Part shown: positions 44,979-46,637 of the stretch, in pieces | Numbering within the stretch: the stretch's first letter is position 1 | Layout: each line of letters begins with the position of its first letter | Assembly: GCA_030841025.1 (NCBI GenBank) | Contig: JAVEDJ010000239.1 | Location: 1 to 46,637 of the forward strand | Direction: 5' to 3' | Source: Actinomycetota bacterium | GTDB taxonomy: Bacteria > Actinomycetota > Actinomycetes > JACCUZ01 | Length of the DNA stretch: 46,637 nt | The notes under the pieces: model-generated | Seen by the model: only the letters and a program-made list of their open reading frames with translations | Database searches by the model: none | Told to the model about the DNA's origin: nothing | Translations under genes and position numbers: made by a program

Positions 44979-46472
44979 TCATCGCAGTGCGATGTTGACG
45001 GTCTTGGACTGGGTGTAGCTGAGGAGCTCCTCGATGCCCTCCTCCGAGTCAGTGCCACTGTTCTTGTGGCCCGAGAAGGGGGCGCCGAGGAAGTGGCTGC
45101 CGGTGCCGTTGACCCACACATAGCCGGTGTCCAGCCGGTCAGCGACCGAGAGCGCCGTCTGCAGGTCCTTGGTCCAGACCGCGCCGGTGAGCCCGTAGGG
45201 AACGTCGTTGGCCTGGGCGATCACGTCGTCGAGGTCGTTCCATCGCAGGACCGAGAGCACCGGCCCGAAGATCTCCTCACGGGCGATGCGCATGGACATG
45301 TCGACGTCGGCGAAGACGGTGGGTTCGACGAAGAAGCCGTCCTTCAGTGCCGGGTCCTGCGGTTTGCCGCCACCGGTGACCAGCCGCGCACCGTCCTCGC
45401 GACCCTTGTCGATGTACGACGTGACCTTGTCGTACTGCGCCTGTGACACGAGGCAGCCCATCTCGGTCTCGGCGTCGAGCGGGTGTCCGATGCGGATGGC
45501 CTGCAGCCGGCGCGTGAGCTTCTCGAGCACCTCGTCGTGGACCGACTCATGCAGAAACAGACGCGTCGTGGAGCCGCAGGACTGCCCCTGGCACCAGTGG
45601 CAGTTCATGCCGAAGGCAGCGCCCTCGACGACGGCGTCGATGTCGGCGTCCTCGCAGACGATCATCGGGTTCTTCCCGCCGAGCTCGAGGCTGACGTGCT
45701 TGACCCCGGCCGTCGCGGCCGCGGCCTGCACGCGCTGACCCGTCTCGACGCTTCCGATGAGCGCGATGCGCTTGACCTCCGGGTGCCGGACGAGGGCGTC
45801 GCCGGTCACCGCGCCGGTTCCGCTCAGGATGTTCACCACGCCCGGGGGGAAGATCTCCTGCAGCAGCTCCGCCATCAGCAGAGCCGACAGCGGCGCCTGG
45901 TCGGGCACCTTCAGGATGAGCGTGTTGCCGGTGACCAGCGGTGCACCCAGCTTGGCGGCCGCGAACAGGATCGGGTGGTTGTAGGGAATGATCCGCCCGA
46001 CGACGCCGTAGGGCTCGCGACGGGTCAACAGCCAGCTGCGCGTCATCGACGGGAGGGTCGATCCCTTGATCTCGAAAGCCACCCCCGTCTGGTAGTCCAG
46101 CCACCGGGCCGCCATCGCGACATCGCCGATCATCGCCGTGACGGGGTTGCCGACATCGGCAGCATCGAGCAGCCCGAACTCCCGGGAGCGGTCGAGCAGC
46201 CTGGTGGCGAACCGGCGGATCAGCGCCGACCGCTCGGTCAGCGGCGTGTCCCGCCAGGCAGGGAACGCGGCCTGGGCCGCGCGGACGGCTGCATCGACGT
46301 CCTCCGGCCCGGCCAGTGGGACGTGCGCGAGGTGCGAGCCGTCGTACGGGGCGGTCGTCTGCATCGTCTGACCGGACTGTGCGGCGACCAGCTCGCCGCC
46401 GATGAGCATGCGCCAGTCCCGCTTCAGCAGAACCTGCAGATCGGTGGTGTTCTCCGTGACAGATACCGACAT
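44979..46472 (-). CDS. NAD(P)-dependent aldehyde dehydrogenase
   Basis: 'LELGGKNP' and 'CQGQSCGSTTR' catalytic Cys. ATG 46472. The upstream 48 codons run through AT-rich promoter-like DNA and were rejected. Confidence 0.9.
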   Translation of the reverse strand: MSVSVTENTTDLQVLLKRDWRMLIGGELVAAQSGQTMQTTAPYDGSHLAHVPLAGPEDVDAAVRAAQAAFPAWRDTPLTERSALIRRFATRLLDRSREFGLLDAADVGNPVTAMIGDVAMAARWLDYQTGVAFEIKGSTLPSMTRSWLLTRREPYGVVGRIIPYNHPILFAAAKLGAPLVTGNTLILKVPDQAPLSALLMAELLQEIFPPGVVNILSGTGAVTGDALVRHPEVKRIALIGSVETGQRVQAAAATAGVKHVSLELGGKNPMIVCEDADIDAVVEGAAFGMNCHWCQGQSCGSTTRLFLHESVHDEVLEKLTRRLQAIRIGHPLDAETEMGCLVSQAQYDKVTSYIDKGREDGARLVTGGGKPQDPALKDGFFVEPTVFADVDMSMRIAREEIFGPVLSVLRWNDLDDVIAQANDVPYGLTGAVWTKDLQTALSVADRLDTGYVWVNGTGSHFLGAPFSGHKNSGTDSEEGIEELLSYTQSKTVNIALR

Positions 46473-46637
46473 TGACGCTCCATCCCGAGAAGGGTGGACC
46501 AGCGGTGGTGGCCGGATGGTCCGGGCTCGTGCTCTGCGGTGAGCGGACGCTACCGCTCGGCCCTTGTTAAATCTAGGTTTCTGGACATTTACGCTCTCTG
46601 ACTTTTGGCAATACAAGTAGTGGAATGGCAGGTCAGG

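Noticed and set aside
44942-45121. N-terminal extensions of the Zn-ADH ORF. The same applies to the ALDH ORF to 46616, the HyuB ORF to 41804, the dehydrogenase ORF to 10751 and the SBP ORF to 37886.
   Set aside because: The extensions run through intergenic or neighbouring-gene sequence and lack family similarity. Internal starts with good GGAG-type RBSs give proteins of family-typical length.
46606-46625. Possible sigma-54 promoter (TGGCA) upstream of the carboxylase-like operon, by analogy with acetone carboxylase regulation in proteobacteria.
   Set aside because: There is no TTGC element at the required spacing and the element is on the wrong strand for the operon. Actinobacteria are not known to use sigma-54.
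1-46637. Search for CRISPR arrays, tRNA/rRNA genes, IS elements, integrases, toxin-antitoxin pairs or classic defence genes.
   Set aside because: I saw no spaced identical repeats, cloverleaf-like AT-richer islands, DDE/tyrosine-recombinase motifs or nuclease/helicase defence signatures in any frame. The only repeats are the short ones listed above.

Overview
High-GC, densely coding, actinobacterial-type window. I found no rRNA, tRNA, CRISPR array, transposase or integrase. Gene calls rest on recognisable motifs in the supplied ORF translations, on RBS and start-codon inspection, and on frequent ATGA/GTGA stop-start overlaps. Many long ORFs in the track are high-GC antisense shadow ORFs and were rejected. 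There are five blocks. (1) 1-10.5 kb: a seven-gene, translationally coupled glycan operon (SDR epimerase, two GT4 glycosyltransferases, a heparinase II/III-like protein, two APH-fold kinases, a MurG-like GT, a deacetylase-like protein) plus a convergent nucleotide-sugar dehydrogenase. (2) 10.8-14.3 kb: a mirror-image HK-RR-HK module with two paralogous HisKA_3 kinases, one NarL/LuxR regulator, and a shared 19-nt upstream motif. (3) 14.6-31.1 kb: an aromatic-acid catabolic supercluster. It holds a complete dmpEFGHI-ordered lower meta pathway with a semialdehyde dehydrogenase and a hydrolase. It also holds a LigB-type extradiol dioxygenase, an ACMSD-family decarboxylase, a phthalate-family Rieske oxygenase, a long Gfo/Idh/MocA dehydrogenase, a 4,5-dihydroxyphthalate-decarboxylase-like protein, an FNR plus 7Fe ferredoxin pair, and IclR and MarR regulators. 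I infer a phthalate-type 4,5-dioxygenation route feeding protocatechuate 2,3-cleavage. (4) 31.1-39.3 kb: a NitT/TauT-type ABC importer, a DMT exporter-type permease and an MFS transporter. An unexplained, translationally coupled pair sits in the same operon: a bicupin plus an orphan EutA-family ATPase with a His-rich N-terminal tail. No ethanolamine ammonia-lyase genes are present. This pair is my top candidate for an undescribed system. (5) 39.4-46.5 kb: an ALDH, Zn-ADH, HyuA, HyuB and 94-aa gamma-like operon resembling acetone/acetophenone carboxylases. All functional assignments are family-level inferences from sequence motifs. No database search was run.
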